Source of the DNA: a virus
Taxonomy: Duplodnaviria; Caudoviricetes
IMG/VR virus record: IMGVR_UViG_3300042542_003367
Location: 1,028 to 65,027 of that record
Strand: one strand, 5' to 3'
Length of the DNA: 64,000 nucleotides
Shown here piece after piece: positions 8,831 through 18,346 of this stretch. The position numbers and the translations under genes are program-made. Positions within the stretch are counted from its first letter, which is position 1. Each line of letters opens with the position of its first letter. The notes under the pieces are model-generated. The model did no database searches. It was not told the origin of the DNA and saw nothing but the letters and a program-made list of their open reading frames with translations.

Positions 8831-11362
8831 TTACATCTCCCAATCTATCGCCATAGCTGACGCTGGCGACGCAAGTATTAACGTTTCCGAAGCACGTGTG
8901 GCTCCCACGTAGAACACGCGGCGAATGCTGTCACGCTCTTCTTCTGTCCCGTTCCATTCGTTCATGCCTTTTTTAGATAAATCAGGCATCACAATAACTA
9001 CCTCAGCTTCTCCACCCTTAACACTATGTATAGTGCCAACGGTTAGTTTCGGCTTCGCATTTAGTGTGTCCTTGCCATAGAGTTGTGCTATGCGCAAGGG
9101 ATAGTTCGCACTTTCCTGATATTCATTTTTGAGTTGATTGTACCACCAGTCTATATCAGGCTCAGTTGTCACAAGACGAATGACTTCATCTTCTTCAAAT
9201 ATCTCCATCAGTGCTTCCGCAGATGATATACGATAAGCGAATTCTGACTGCCCCCACATCTCCAGCACTTTACTCGCGCCACGCTTAATCAGACCGTCTT
9301 TGATTTTCATCGCCGAAGCCCACAGCGCAATGTCCTGCGTATTCCACGGTGTGCTGTTAATCCCGTCTTTTAAAGAGTATTTCAGATACGCCATAATCCT
9401 TGCTATCATCTTCGCTTTTTTCTGCAAAGGGTTCCAGTCGCCGCGCTTCGGTCTGTACGTGTTGGAGAACGGCACACCGTTGTCCATTAATGACTTGATA
9501 GTAGGAGACAGCATATAACTGCATGATGCGAGTATCATGACTGTTTTACCATCGCGCAAAAACTTATCGGCTACCTCGCAGACATATTCAGGGTTTTTAT
9601 AATGGAACGCGGACGGCATATAACCTACCAGACCATCTTCGTCCTTACCTACAAATTCCTTCGGCTGGCGCACGTTGACACGTTCTATCCACTTCTTGGT
9701 GAACTTCAATATTTTGCGCGGCAGTCTGCGTGATAATGGCAGTACTTTTATGTGCTTTGGGTCTATGGCAGGGAATAAAAATGCTTCCGGTGACGCACCA
9801 GCGAAACGGTAAATGCAGTTGTGCGTCACTATTCCGTCTGCTATATATGAGTGGGTTTTCTCAACATTTAAACCCACAACATCTCCTTTATAGTATTCAC
9901 GGGAGACCTGTATCGGCTCCCATATAACCTTTCTATCTTGTGTAGGAATAGGTACACTCATAACTTCTGGCAATAAATTACAAGCAATCACTTTCATGTT
10001 TCTTGCGCCATAAACATTTAACGTACCCTTTTTAAAAATAGGGAACTCAGGGTATCTACCGCAAGCCGCCAAGCATTTATATGCCCGTGCTTTTTGTTCT
10101 ACTGGATTTAACCTTCCCCATAAATATTTTATAGATTCTGGATTAACATATCCAGCAATTCCTGCATTGGTAGGCTCAAAACATAAAGTAGGTATTCCGT
10201 ATTGTGCAGAATAGTAATTTTCTAACACAGAAGCATGTTGTCGGGTATCTGTTACTTCTAATACCCATGCTTCATCTGTATTTTCTTGTCTGCACCTCAC
10301 AGGTAAATGCAAACACCCATCTGCCCGCATTAATTTACACCACCCTATTTTCCATCTATCTGCCTGTCGCATCAGGTATACAACACACTGTTCACTATGA
10401 TGAGCATTGTTATTCATTCTTACTACCCACGGGTGATTATGAGTAGTAACTGTGGATAAATTTCCTACAGTTACTCTTACTGCGCTACCATCGTATGGAG
10501 TCCGTGCAATCTCTGTTACCACTTGATTACATTGTATTTTACTATGCGTAAAATTGTAACCTCTGATTTTATCTCCAATTTCTAAATCTTCGATATTTTT
10601 AACTGAATTATCCGACATTGTGATTTTTGTCCCCAAGACCCCTGCTTGGTCATCGTCCCCGGCTTTTAATACATACCGCATATTTTTCATCCATTTATTA
10701 ATTAAAGACAACTGCAAACGGCTACAATCCTGCACTTCGTCATATATCCCTATCTCCGGTCTATCAGGCGCATAGTCAACGTCGCGCAGACACCTGTAGA
10801 TTAAGTCGTTATAGTCAAGGCATCCGGTTTCATATTTCCATGTTTTCCATTCTTCCGCGAAGTCAGCCACATCATCAGGATAGCTTTCTTTCGGCTCCAT
10901 GCGTGAACGCAGGACGTTTAGCTGGCTTAATAACTTCGCACCTTCGAGGTCGTCAGAAGAAGGCATCTCGTCAAGGTCGTCCACACTGGCGGCAGAAGAG
11001 CCTGTTATCCGCCATTGTGGGTGACTGTCGTTCCAACTGCCGATAACCTTGTTAGTCTCAGCTATTTTAATGCCACCGCCTAACGCCTTATAACAGATAC
11101 TGTGGAGAGTACCGATATTCGGATACACAGTATCTTCGTAATCGTCCTCACCATACAGTGCCGCATTCTCTTTATCAATACGCGCTACCAGTTCCTTCGC
11201 CGCGCCCTTGGTAAAAGATGATATTAACACGTTCTGCAATATACCCTGCTGGATAAATTTTCGGATATATGTCATCAATGTATATGTCTTACCAGTACCC
11301 GGGCTACCGAAGAGTCTGTGTTCTGTGCCGTGTTGAACATTGTCATCTATGAAGTTGTCCAT
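8831..11362 (-). CDS. UvrD/Rep-like SF1 helicase containing an intein
   Basis: GSPGTGKT, SFT, TLHS, DEVQD, GDDDQ|intein|CIYRFAGA, TIHSVKGGE, RRVFYVGATRA. Confidence 0.92.
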   Translation of the reverse strand: MDNFIDDNVQHGTEHRLFGSPGTGKTYTLMTYIRKFIQQGILQNVLISSFTKGAAKELVARIDKENAALYGEDDYEDTVYPNIGTLHSICYKALGGGIKIAETNKVIGSWNDSHPQWRITGSSAASVDDLDEMPSSDDLEGAKLLSQLNVLRSRMEPKESYPDDVADFAEEWKTWKYETGCLDYNDLIYRCLRDVDYAPDRPEIGIYDEVQDCSRLQLSLINKWMKNMRYVLKAGDDDQAGVLGTKITMSDNSVKNIEDLEIGDKIRGYNFTHSKIQCNQVVTEIARTPYDGSAVRVTVGNLSTVTTHNHPWVVRMNNNAHHSEQCVVYLMRQADRWKIGWCKLMRADGCLHLPVRCRQENTDEAWVLEVTDTRQHASVLENYYSAQYGIPTLCFEPTNAGIAGYVNPESIKYLWGRLNPVEQKARAYKCLAACGRYPEFPIFKKGTLNVYGARNMKVIACNLLPEVMSVPIPTQDRKVIWEPIQVSREYYKGDVVGLNVEKTHSYIADGIVTHNCIYRFAGASPEAFLFPAIDPKHIKVLPLSRRLPRKILKFTKKWIERVNVRQPKEFVGKDEDGLVGYMPSAFHYKNPEYVCEVADKFLRDGKTVMILASCSYMLSPTIKSLMDNGVPFSNTYRPKRGDWNPLQKKAKMIARIMAYLKYSLKDGINSTPWNTQDIALWASAMKIKDGLIKRGASKVLEMWGQSEFAYRISSAEALMEIFEEDEVIRLVTTEPDIDWWYNQLKNEYQESANYPLRIAQLYGKDTLNAKPKLTVGTIHSVKGGEAEVVIVMPDLSKKGMNEWNGTEEERDSIRRVFYVGATRASETLILASPASAMAIDWEM
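9818..10645 (-). mobile_element. Intein (276 aa) starting with Ala, with a GIY-YIG-like internal domain
   Basis: Interrupts helicase motif GDDDQ/CIY; block A AGVLGTKITMSDNSVKNIEDL, block B TTHNHPW, C-terminus IVTHN followed by +1 Cys. Confidence 0.88.
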
Positions 11363-11371
11363 ACTACCCCT

Positions 11372-13075
11372 TTACGGAATATGAATTATATTCTCGTTAA
11401 TGCGCCAATAGCTTTTACGTCCCTTGCCGTTGCCATCGAATTGCCAATTTAACTCGTATGGTTCAGCACCCGCAGACCGCAAACCTATATATAATTTTCG
11501 TTCCGTGAATATCACGTCTTTCTGATGTTTTGCCCACATCTTATATTCGGAACTCATAAAGTAAACAAACCCGTCCTCTTTCGTAAACGGCTTCCGACTT
11601 CTAATGCTGGCATAATTATATTCGCCAATACGCTTCTCAGCGATATACTCACGCAATAAGACTGTGTGCATACCCGCTTCCGTTGCTTCCTTGCCCATCT
11701 CTACGTCCTGAGCAATATGAAGCATCGCCTGTGCCAGACCTTCCCATTTTTTACCCTGCTTCGGCGGCAATATACGAGTAGCTTCCGCTATCTGCAACCG
11801 GAATTTCTGCTCTGATGTCAAACAACTGATGTCGCCAATCGTGATGTCTTTCGGCAGATTAAGACACCGCACCGTGTAAATATATGGCTCTGCTTTCAGG
11901 CAGTAAATACCCTGTATAGGGAACTTCGATAATTGCAATGTCTCTGTCAGGTTGCGTAAAATATCTTTATCACTGAACTCGTCAGGGTCTCCCTCAGCAG
12001 TGGTCACATTGACCACGACGTTATCTATATAATCATGCGCCGATGCCGACACAAGGTTCTGATGAGCCTTCGATATGGTTGTCTGGTAATAACCCCTATG
12101 CTTAACGTCCTCGCCGTGGTCAGTGCGAAAACGCAGTAACAACAGGAATATTTCTTCGTCTGTCAGCCCTAACTTTACAGCATAGTTCGCAATAGTCATA
12201 TCCCATGCCGACATACTATTGTCAGGCTGTGTGCCGTCCGCCCTTAATGTTTTCGCTGGCATTGACCACGCGTTGCGGATACGAGGGTCAGCTTCAAAAA
12301 TAGCGTCTCTGCGCTCTGTGGTCATCTCTTCCATACTGTTCGGCAGATTAAGTTTCGCCAGCGTACCTGTGCCATTCGGCTTCTTCTTTTTGGACTCTGA
12401 AATATGATGATAGTCCAGAATACTGTTTATTTTCGATGCCTGATAACGTATTAACGGCGCGTCGTACTTCGTTATAGAAACTTCCCGCGCTGGCTGGTAC
12501 TTATGGTTTAAAGTCCCCGGGACTCTTAAAATCCTCGCGAGGTCAGCGGTAGAGTCAATCGTATATCCGCCATACTCGTGGAATATCTTGCGAATTAATG
12601 ACTGCCATCGGAACACCATGTTCTGTGCTTCAAAGTGCATATTCTCTTCTTCACATTTGAACATCTTGTCGAATAGCCAGTACGCATGGACACCACCACC
12701 CGTTTCCACCACCATTGTGGGATACAGCGGGAGTAATTTCAGCAAGTTATAAACCTGCTCCATTGTTTCAGGGTATCTCTTTTTAGAGTCATGCGCACCT
12801 GCGACGACATCTATATCAGCCCACACCCCCGGGATTGTTACTATTTCATCTATTTCAGCCCGCTTGTTAACGGAGCGTTTGTTTCCATTTTTATGATAAG
12901 GGGCTAAACCAAGCCCGAAATACATCTCCCGTCCTTTACTGCTACCGTGTAAAGCGGCATCTACAGCTTCTTGTTGCGACGCGCACCAGTGTGAAGTGCG
13001 CAAGTTATCCCATATCAGGATTGTGTTGTTGTTGATTTCTGGATAGAGCGCGTAGAAAAAGTCAAGAGTATTCAT
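11372..13075 (-). CDS. RepB-like (AEP superfamily) DNA primase
   Basis: WADID, ETGGGVHAYW, DLARILRVPGTLNHK. Confidence 0.85.
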   Translation of the reverse strand: MNTLDFFYALYPEINNNTILIWDNLRTSHWCASQQEAVDAALHGSSKGREMYFGLGLAPYHKNGNKRSVNKRAEIDEIVTIPGVWADIDVVAGAHDSKKRYPETMEQVYNLLKLLPLYPTMVVETGGGVHAYWLFDKMFKCEEENMHFEAQNMVFRWQSLIRKIFHEYGGYTIDSTADLARILRVPGTLNHKYQPAREVSITKYDAPLIRYQASKINSILDYHHISESKKKKPNGTGTLAKLNLPNSMEEMTTERRDAIFEADPRIRNAWSMPAKTLRADGTQPDNSMSAWDMTIANYAVKLGLTDEEIFLLLLRFRTDHGEDVKHRGYYQTTISKAHQNLVSASAHDYIDNVVVNVTTAEGDPDEFSDKDILRNLTETLQLSKFPIQGIYCLKAEPYIYTVRCLNLPKDITIGDISCLTSEQKFRLQIAEATRILPPKQGKKWEGLAQAMLHIAQDVEMGKEATEAGMHTVLLREYIAEKRIGEYNYASIRSRKPFTKEDGFVYFMSSEYKMWAKHQKDVIFTERKLYIGLRSAGAEPYELNWQFDGNGKGRKSYWRINENIIHIP

Positions 13076-13144
13076 AAGTCCCCCGTATCGTTTTGCGTGA
13101 CATTAACTGTAGCAGATACGTGCTAAAAAGTAAAGACAATAAAT

Positions 13145-13174
13145 GTAGTGTCTGCCTGTGCAGACAGACACTAC
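13145..13174 (-). terminator. Intrinsic terminator-like hairpin
   Basis: GTAGTGTCTG/CAGACACTAC stem followed by a T-rich tract on the minus strand. Confidence 0.6.
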
Positions 13175-13197
13175 TGATAGATTTAACCGGAATTAAC

Positions 13198-14118
13198 TTA
13201 CATGTTTAACACAGGAATGTCATCGTTGTCGATGTCATTCATGGCTTTATCCAGTTCCGCGTCGGAAGGTACGTTGTCATCTTTCGGTGCTGTGATTTCA
13301 GCTTCGATAACTTCATCTTCCACCGCCGGAGCCTTCGGTACTTCACCAACGAATGTGGGTTTATCTGACGACATATTTACTGATACTGTGTCAGCGGACA
13401 TGTCAATTTCAGTCGCTTTCAGGTGTGGCATCCACTCGTCGCCAATGGCGCGGAGCCGTTTAGCTTCTGTTGGCGGCAGGTCGGCAACCTTACTGAACTG
13501 GCACACAGCATACTTTACTTTTTTGGTGTTCTCTTCCTGACGCAGAGTGACAGCGGTAACTACGCCGGACAACCGCTTGCCAGCTTGCAACAGTAATTTT
13601 GCGTAATCCATGAACGGCTTTTCCGACATAGCGGATGCGAACATAACCATCGGCAAAATTCCCTGTTCAGTCATGAAGAAAATCAATTTGTGCGGACGGC
13701 ACTTGCGTGAACCATTGACACCGGAGCCGAACTGATTGAAAGCACAGGCATCGCATTTAAAACCACATGCCTTTGCGTACTTACCTTGCGGGTTTGGTGT
13801 TTTGCCGTCATCTGACCAGCAATCAGGACGATTGGTTTCTGCCTGACCGAACTCAACATCATAGCACTGCTTGATGTCGCGGTGGAAGATAACTACGCCT
13901 TCAAAGGACTTCGTTTCCACTTCACCCTCTGCCGCAGGGTATACCCACGTGGTGGAGCCAGCGGCTGGCATTTTAATAGCCGTCAGGTCGGATACACGAA
14001 GGACGTTATCACCAATGTTCTCATTGATAATCTCGCGGATTTCTTCGTCCGGCAGGGATAAAACCATCCAGTTTTCAGGATTGATTTTCGCGATTTGATT
14101 GTTGTTTGTGTTGCTCAT
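13198..14118 (-). CDS. Putative ssDNA-binding/recombination protein
   Basis: PDCWSDDG, CDAC..NQFGS..GSRKC pattern seen in phage replication modules; acidic tail ending DNDDIPVLNM. Confidence 0.55.
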   Translation of the reverse strand: MSNTNNNQIAKINPENWMVLSLPDEEIREIINENIGDNVLRVSDLTAIKMPAAGSTTWVYPAAEGEVETKSFEGVVIFHRDIKQCYDVEFGQAETNRPDCWSDDGKTPNPQGKYAKACGFKCDACAFNQFGSGVNGSRKCRPHKLIFFMTEQGILPMVMFASAMSEKPFMDYAKLLLQAGKRLSGVVTAVTLRQEENTKKVKYAVCQFSKVADLPPTEAKRLRAIGDEWMPHLKATEIDMSADTVSVNMSSDKPTFVGEVPKAPAVEDEVIEAEITAPKDDNVPSDAELDKAMNDIDNDDIPVLNM

Positions 14119-14149
14119 AGCAACCCCCTTTTATTTGTTTGCGGTATTT

Positions 14150-14178
14150 ATTATACCATATTCAATACAATTTGTCAA
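14150..14178 (-). promoter_or_regulatory. Sigma70-type promoter
   Basis: TTGACA-17bp-TATAAT with TCAATAC in the spacer. Confidence 0.85.
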
Positions 14179-15170
14179 CCCTTTCTGGCAGTAATTGTTG
14201 GTTTCAATAAAACTGTCAGATATGGTTTAAGATGTGCGGGCAACAGATTACGCATCTGTGCTTCTGAAATCATTTCTGGGTCAGATATTAAGGAGTTGTA
14301 CTCATGTTCTATCTGGTCAGTTAATAATCCTAATGATGCCACCTCGTCGAGATATTCATTAACGAATGGCGCGGGATTATTCTTAATAGTCGCTACCGTT
14401 TCTTTAATCCGGCTTTTCATGCTGGCTGGAAAGATATACTCGCGTATCTGTTCTTTCCATGCCCGGGCATCCTCACCTGTCAGGCGGTCAAGTTCAGTTA
14501 TTTCTTCACCTGCTTCCGCTTTTATAGCTTCTATCTCCGCCAGTCGCCGGATAGTGTCGAAGGCTTCAACCTGCTGTGCGACGAGGATGTTACCTACCCA
14601 TGTCTGTGTACGTGACATGGAGATGTTCGCGGGTATCTGGTCTTTCGGCATCAGGCGATTATCAGTGAGATAACCGTCAAGGAATATTTTCATTTCCGCG
14701 ATGTCCTGTGGAGTCACTTTGATAGTTATCTTTGCGATGTCCACATCATATCGTTCATCTGCCAGTAGTTCCTGCTCGTGTTCGTCTGCCAGCTTTTTAA
14801 GTTCTTCACCCTGCTTTACCCATGCCCGGACGTAGTAATCCATCACGGCGAAGAACTTCGCTTTTTTGATAATGCTATCTTCTTCCGGCTTTACTATAGG
14901 GAATACATCACTGTTTGGCGATAAAGGTGATACCCCGTATTGGTGCAATGGTTGCACTTCATTCGGGTCGCCGTTCATAATTACTTCGTGCTGTTCTCTT
15001 GTTATCTCTTCCATAGCCATAGCTATAGAGTCTAACCTGTCATTATCAGCCCCGCGCATAGAATTTAATGCCTGAGTTAATTCAACGCGAGATACCTCTA
15101 TAGGCTGTGGCATATCAGCCAGTACTGGCTGTACGTCATCATCATCAAAATCAGGTGCTTTAAGTGTCAT
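14175..15170 (-). CDS. Hypothetical acidic protein
   Basis: 331-aa ORF in the replication module. Confidence 0.7.
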   Translation of the reverse strand: MTLKAPDFDDDDVQPVLADMPQPIEVSRVELTQALNSMRGADNDRLDSIAMAMEEITREQHEVIMNGDPNEVQPLHQYGVSPLSPNSDVFPIVKPEEDSIIKKAKFFAVMDYYVRAWVKQGEELKKLADEHEQELLADERYDVDIAKITIKVTPQDIAEMKIFLDGYLTDNRLMPKDQIPANISMSRTQTWVGNILVAQQVEAFDTIRRLAEIEAIKAEAGEEITELDRLTGEDARAWKEQIREYIFPASMKSRIKETVATIKNNPAPFVNEYLDEVASLGLLTDQIEHEYNSLISDPEMISEAQMRNLLPAHLKPYLTVLLKPTITARKG

Positions 15171-15348
15171 GATTTCTTCTTCTCCTCTGGTTTAATTTCC
15201 GCTTCTCGCGGAAAGTGGTGTCAGTTTTCTTTTCTTGAAAACGTGCCTTCTCTGCATTTATATGGCAGATACGACATCTAAAATAACCGTTCGACCGTTG
15301 CTCCCAGTCGTCTTGCAAACAACGTTTGCACTGTTTATTGCGTATCAT
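15160..15348 (-). CDS. Small basic Zn-finger protein
   Basis: CKRC...CRIC and an Arg/Lys-rich tail. Confidence 0.5.
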   Translation of the reverse strand: MIRNKQCKRCLQDDWEQRSNGYFRCRICHINAEKARFQEKKTDTTFREKRKLNQRRRRNHDT

Positions 15349-15568
15349 CTTTCTCTGGCTCCCAACCATCAGAAGCTACTATGCCGATAGTGTTTTTATG
15401 ACGCTCTTTACACAATAAATTCTTGCGCACAAACATGTGTATCCAGCCGCTACCTGTACGATGAGTATGCGCATAATAGTAATTACTCTTGTCGATAACA
15501 GTATACGCTTTCACTACTTCTGGATGATTGTTTGGCAGTACTATAACTGCTACATCTGTATCACACAT
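15335..15568 (-). CDS. Hypothetical protein
   Basis: Start at MCDTD downstream of the 15592 promoter, GAGAGG RBS. Confidence 0.5.
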   Translation of the reverse strand: MCDTDVAVIVLPNNHPEVVKAYTVIDKSNYYYAHTHRTGSGWIHMFVRKNLLCKERHKNTIGIVASDGWEPEKDDTQ

Positions 15569-15591
15569 TACCATTCCTCTCTTACACATCT

Positions 15592-15620
15592 ATTATACCA
15601 AATTGTATTGAACTTGTCAA
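15592..15620 (-). promoter_or_regulatory. Sigma70-type promoter, near-identical to the 8348 copy
   Basis: TTGACA-17bp-TATAAT; catctattataccaaattgtattgaacttgtcaataca is shared with 8343-8380. Confidence 0.85.
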
Positions 15621-15639
15621 TACAATTTGGTAATTATTT

Positions 15640-17262
15640 TTAAGAACGTCGGCGCAACTCGTTAAGTACGTCCTCAGTGATATTATCCTTCTTCTGCAAT
15701 GCCTGAAAAATAATCTCGTCAATCGTGCCAGCGCACTGCAAATAGTAAAACGTCACGTCTCTGGTTTGACCGTGCCTGTGGCTCCGGCTGATTAACTGCT
15801 TATACGTTCCGCCCTCGTACCCCAGTGAGTAAATAATGTTATACCGCGCTCTGGTAAATTCAACGCCCTCAGCACCGCATTTCGGGTGTACTATCAGCAC
15901 GTTCGTTTTACCAGCTTGCCACTCTTCCAATTCCTTGCGCACACCGGATAATTCAGATACTGTCCTGCCCACATCTGATGAGAGACATATACCGCGTATC
16001 GTATCTATATCATGACGGAACCGCGCAAAGATAACGACAGGCTCGTCTCTGTCCATATCAGACAGCAGTTCTATCAGTGCTTTCTCTTTCGCGTGTGATA
16101 CTATCTCCATATCACCGTCGTCATTCGGCACACTGCCGGACACGAACTGCGACAGTCTCAGCGACTTAACCAGCGCATTCTGCACACTCAGTTCACCGCT
16201 ATTCAGTTGCACCCACATCTGCTCTTTCAGGAGTTTATACTTCTTCATAGCTTCCGGCTCTAAGTCTATCTTTAAGAACGTATGAGTCGCTTCCGGTATC
16301 TTAACCACATCACGACCGTAACGGATACCATGCTGATATAGCAAATAGTTCATCTCATCCTGATTAACGAAGTCCACTATCTGCTTCCCTTCAAATCCAC
16401 CTGTGATACAAAACCGCGTCTTAAATCGGTGAAAGGAAGCCCCGAACACCATCGGATTATAAAATCTGAATTGACTCCATAAGTCCACCGGACTGTGGGG
16501 CATGACCGTTCCTGTCAACATGAGAAACATCGCTTTGCCGCGATAATGGTCTCCGATTTTCCACATACCTTTCGCGGCTTCTCCATTCGTGCTTTTTATC
16601 CGGTGGCTCTCATCCAGCACGATGTGGGAAAATCCGGCGACTAAGAATAGTTTTAAGATAGCTTCGCGCCAGACACTGTCATAATTCATAATGACTACAG
16701 GGATTAACTGCACCGCCTTTGCGTACTCTATCTGCTGTGCGATATACTCTGCTGTCTTTGCGGAGTTCCACGACTGCTTATATTGATATATCAAGTGGAA
16801 ATTACTATCGCAGTCCACCGCGTGTTTATGGAACTCAGTATCCCACACCCGCATGATGTTTTTAGGACAGGCGATTAAAACACACTGACACTTCGGGTCG
16901 TTCTGCAATATGTCAATGGTTGTTTTCGTCTTACCTGTACCCATGCCAAGCAAAGCGAAGCCCCCGCCATTAGACCGCAGGAACGCGATAGTACGTTGCT
17001 GATGTTCCCACGGCTTAAATATATGCTTCGGCACATCCGGTATCTTTTCCAGAGGTCGCGCCTTAAAATTGTTCCCCGTCAAAGTATCCTGTGTGACGGA
17101 GATGCCGGATAACGGCAACCATGTTTTACCGTTCAGGCAAATAGCCAGTGCGGTCTTTGCCGTCACATACGCCTTAAACACTTTCGGCACACTGTGCTTT
17201 TCACAATACCATTCTTCTTTAACGGTGACGATGACGCGCTCACCGAGAATAATGTTTATCAT
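15640..17262 (-). CDS. SNF2-like SF2 helicase
   Basis: GMGTGKT, LDESHRIK, LTGT, SRSHRHGQ. Confidence 0.9.
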   Translation of the reverse strand: MINIILGERVIVTVKEEWYCEKHSVPKVFKAYVTAKTALAICLNGKTWLPLSGISVTQDTLTGNNFKARPLEKIPDVPKHIFKPWEHQQRTIAFLRSNGGGFALLGMGTGKTKTTIDILQNDPKCQCVLIACPKNIMRVWDTEFHKHAVDCDSNFHLIYQYKQSWNSAKTAEYIAQQIEYAKAVQLIPVVIMNYDSVWREAILKLFLVAGFSHIVLDESHRIKSTNGEAAKGMWKIGDHYRGKAMFLMLTGTVMPHSPVDLWSQFRFYNPMVFGASFHRFKTRFCITGGFEGKQIVDFVNQDEMNYLLYQHGIRYGRDVVKIPEATHTFLKIDLEPEAMKKYKLLKEQMWVQLNSGELSVQNALVKSLRLSQFVSGSVPNDDGDMEIVSHAKEKALIELLSDMDRDEPVVIFARFRHDIDTIRGICLSSDVGRTVSELSGVRKELEEWQAGKTNVLIVHPKCGAEGVEFTRARYNIIYSLGYEGGTYKQLISRSHRHGQTRDVTFYYLQCAGTIDEIIFQALQKKDNITEDVLNELRRRS

Positions 17263-18155
17263 TTACCACTCTCAATCGCTGACACCGCTCTACTGTCTAT
17301 CATGTCAGCCAGATGCAATATCCAGTCCTCTGTGGACTTCGGCTGTATGTCAACCCCACCGCCAGCGAATGTGCCATGATGACTGAGCAAGGTGTAAATC
17401 ATGGTCTGCTCTTCTTCATAAGACAGCACATTACCCATCTCTTCATTCGCTTTGTGCAACTCCATCAATATACCATATCTGTGGTCGCACAGCGTCTCGC
17501 TGTTATAGTCAATCGCCGTAGTCCACACGTAGTCCTTAATTTTCATAAGGTCGTGAAGCAAGGCGCAACAGATTAAACGGCTTTCATTGACGACTCCGAC
17601 CAGTGCCGGATAGTTTCTCAGGATACTTTTCACTGACTTCACTACACCGATTGTATGCAGTAAAAGCCCGCCCAGTTTGTTGCCATGATGCTTCTTCGCG
17701 GCGGGACAGACAACGAACTGCTTCCATGTTTCTTCATCCAGCATCAACTTACCGCATATTTCGCGATATGGCGACTCCAGCATATCTATCTCTTTCGCTA
17801 TAAAAGTGATGTCGTCGTCACTGATGATGTATGCTGGCATGAAATTCTTGTCCCCGACATAACCTGATGCGTCAGACGCTATTATCGTCGCGCTCTGCAT
17901 CTTTATCTGGTTGTTGCCGTTGTAAGGCTTATCCACTGCACCTGTGATGTTGAATATCTGCCCGGGCTTCATACCGTCGCGGAATGCTTCAAAACTATCC
18001 CACAGTTTTATGTCGATATTACCGGACATGTCCTGTACTGTGATAGACAAATAATCTTTCCCTGCCTTTGTCTGCTTCACATCCACTGACGCAATCATGA
18101 CATCCATGTCATACTTCGCGCCATAAGGTAATTGCTGTATATCTGCTATATTCAT
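17259..18155 (-). CDS. YhaM/Cbf1-like OB-fold + HD-domain 3'-5' exonuclease
   Basis: KQTKAGKDYLSITVQDMSG OB fold; PAAKKHH..GGLLLHT; LLHDLMK; SHHG; LADMID. Confidence 0.85.
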   Translation of the reverse strand: MNIADIQQLPYGAKYDMDVMIASVDVKQTKAGKDYLSITVQDMSGNIDIKLWDSFEAFRDGMKPGQIFNITGAVDKPYNGNNQIKMQSATIIASDASGYVGDKNFMPAYIISDDDITFIAKEIDMLESPYREICGKLMLDEETWKQFVVCPAAKKHHGNKLGGLLLHTIGVVKSVKSILRNYPALVGVVNESRLICCALLHDLMKIKDYVWTTAIDYNSETLCDHRYGILMELHKANEEMGNVLSYEEEQTMIYTLLSHHGTFAGGGVDIQPKSTEDWILHLADMIDSRAVSAIESGK

Positions 18156-18346
18156 TTCTGCTCCCGTCTTTTTAATGTCATTTCTACCACTTCGATTTTC
18201 CGGCATAAGTGCCAGTACACACTGTTGTTACCGCCAGCGAACGCCAGAAAATCGGCACACTGCTGTTTCATATATACTAAATCGTCAGCGGTAAAATCAT
18301 CACTGTCGGTATAATAAAACAGTTTAACACCTCGTTCAGATAGCAT
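18152..18346 (-). CDS. Small hypothetical protein
   Basis: Bridges the ATPase and HD genes; ATGA overlap downstream. Confidence 0.45.
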   Translation of the reverse strand: MLSERGVKLFYYTDSDDFTADDLVYMKQQCADFLAFAGGNNSVYWHLCRKIEVVEMTLKRREQK

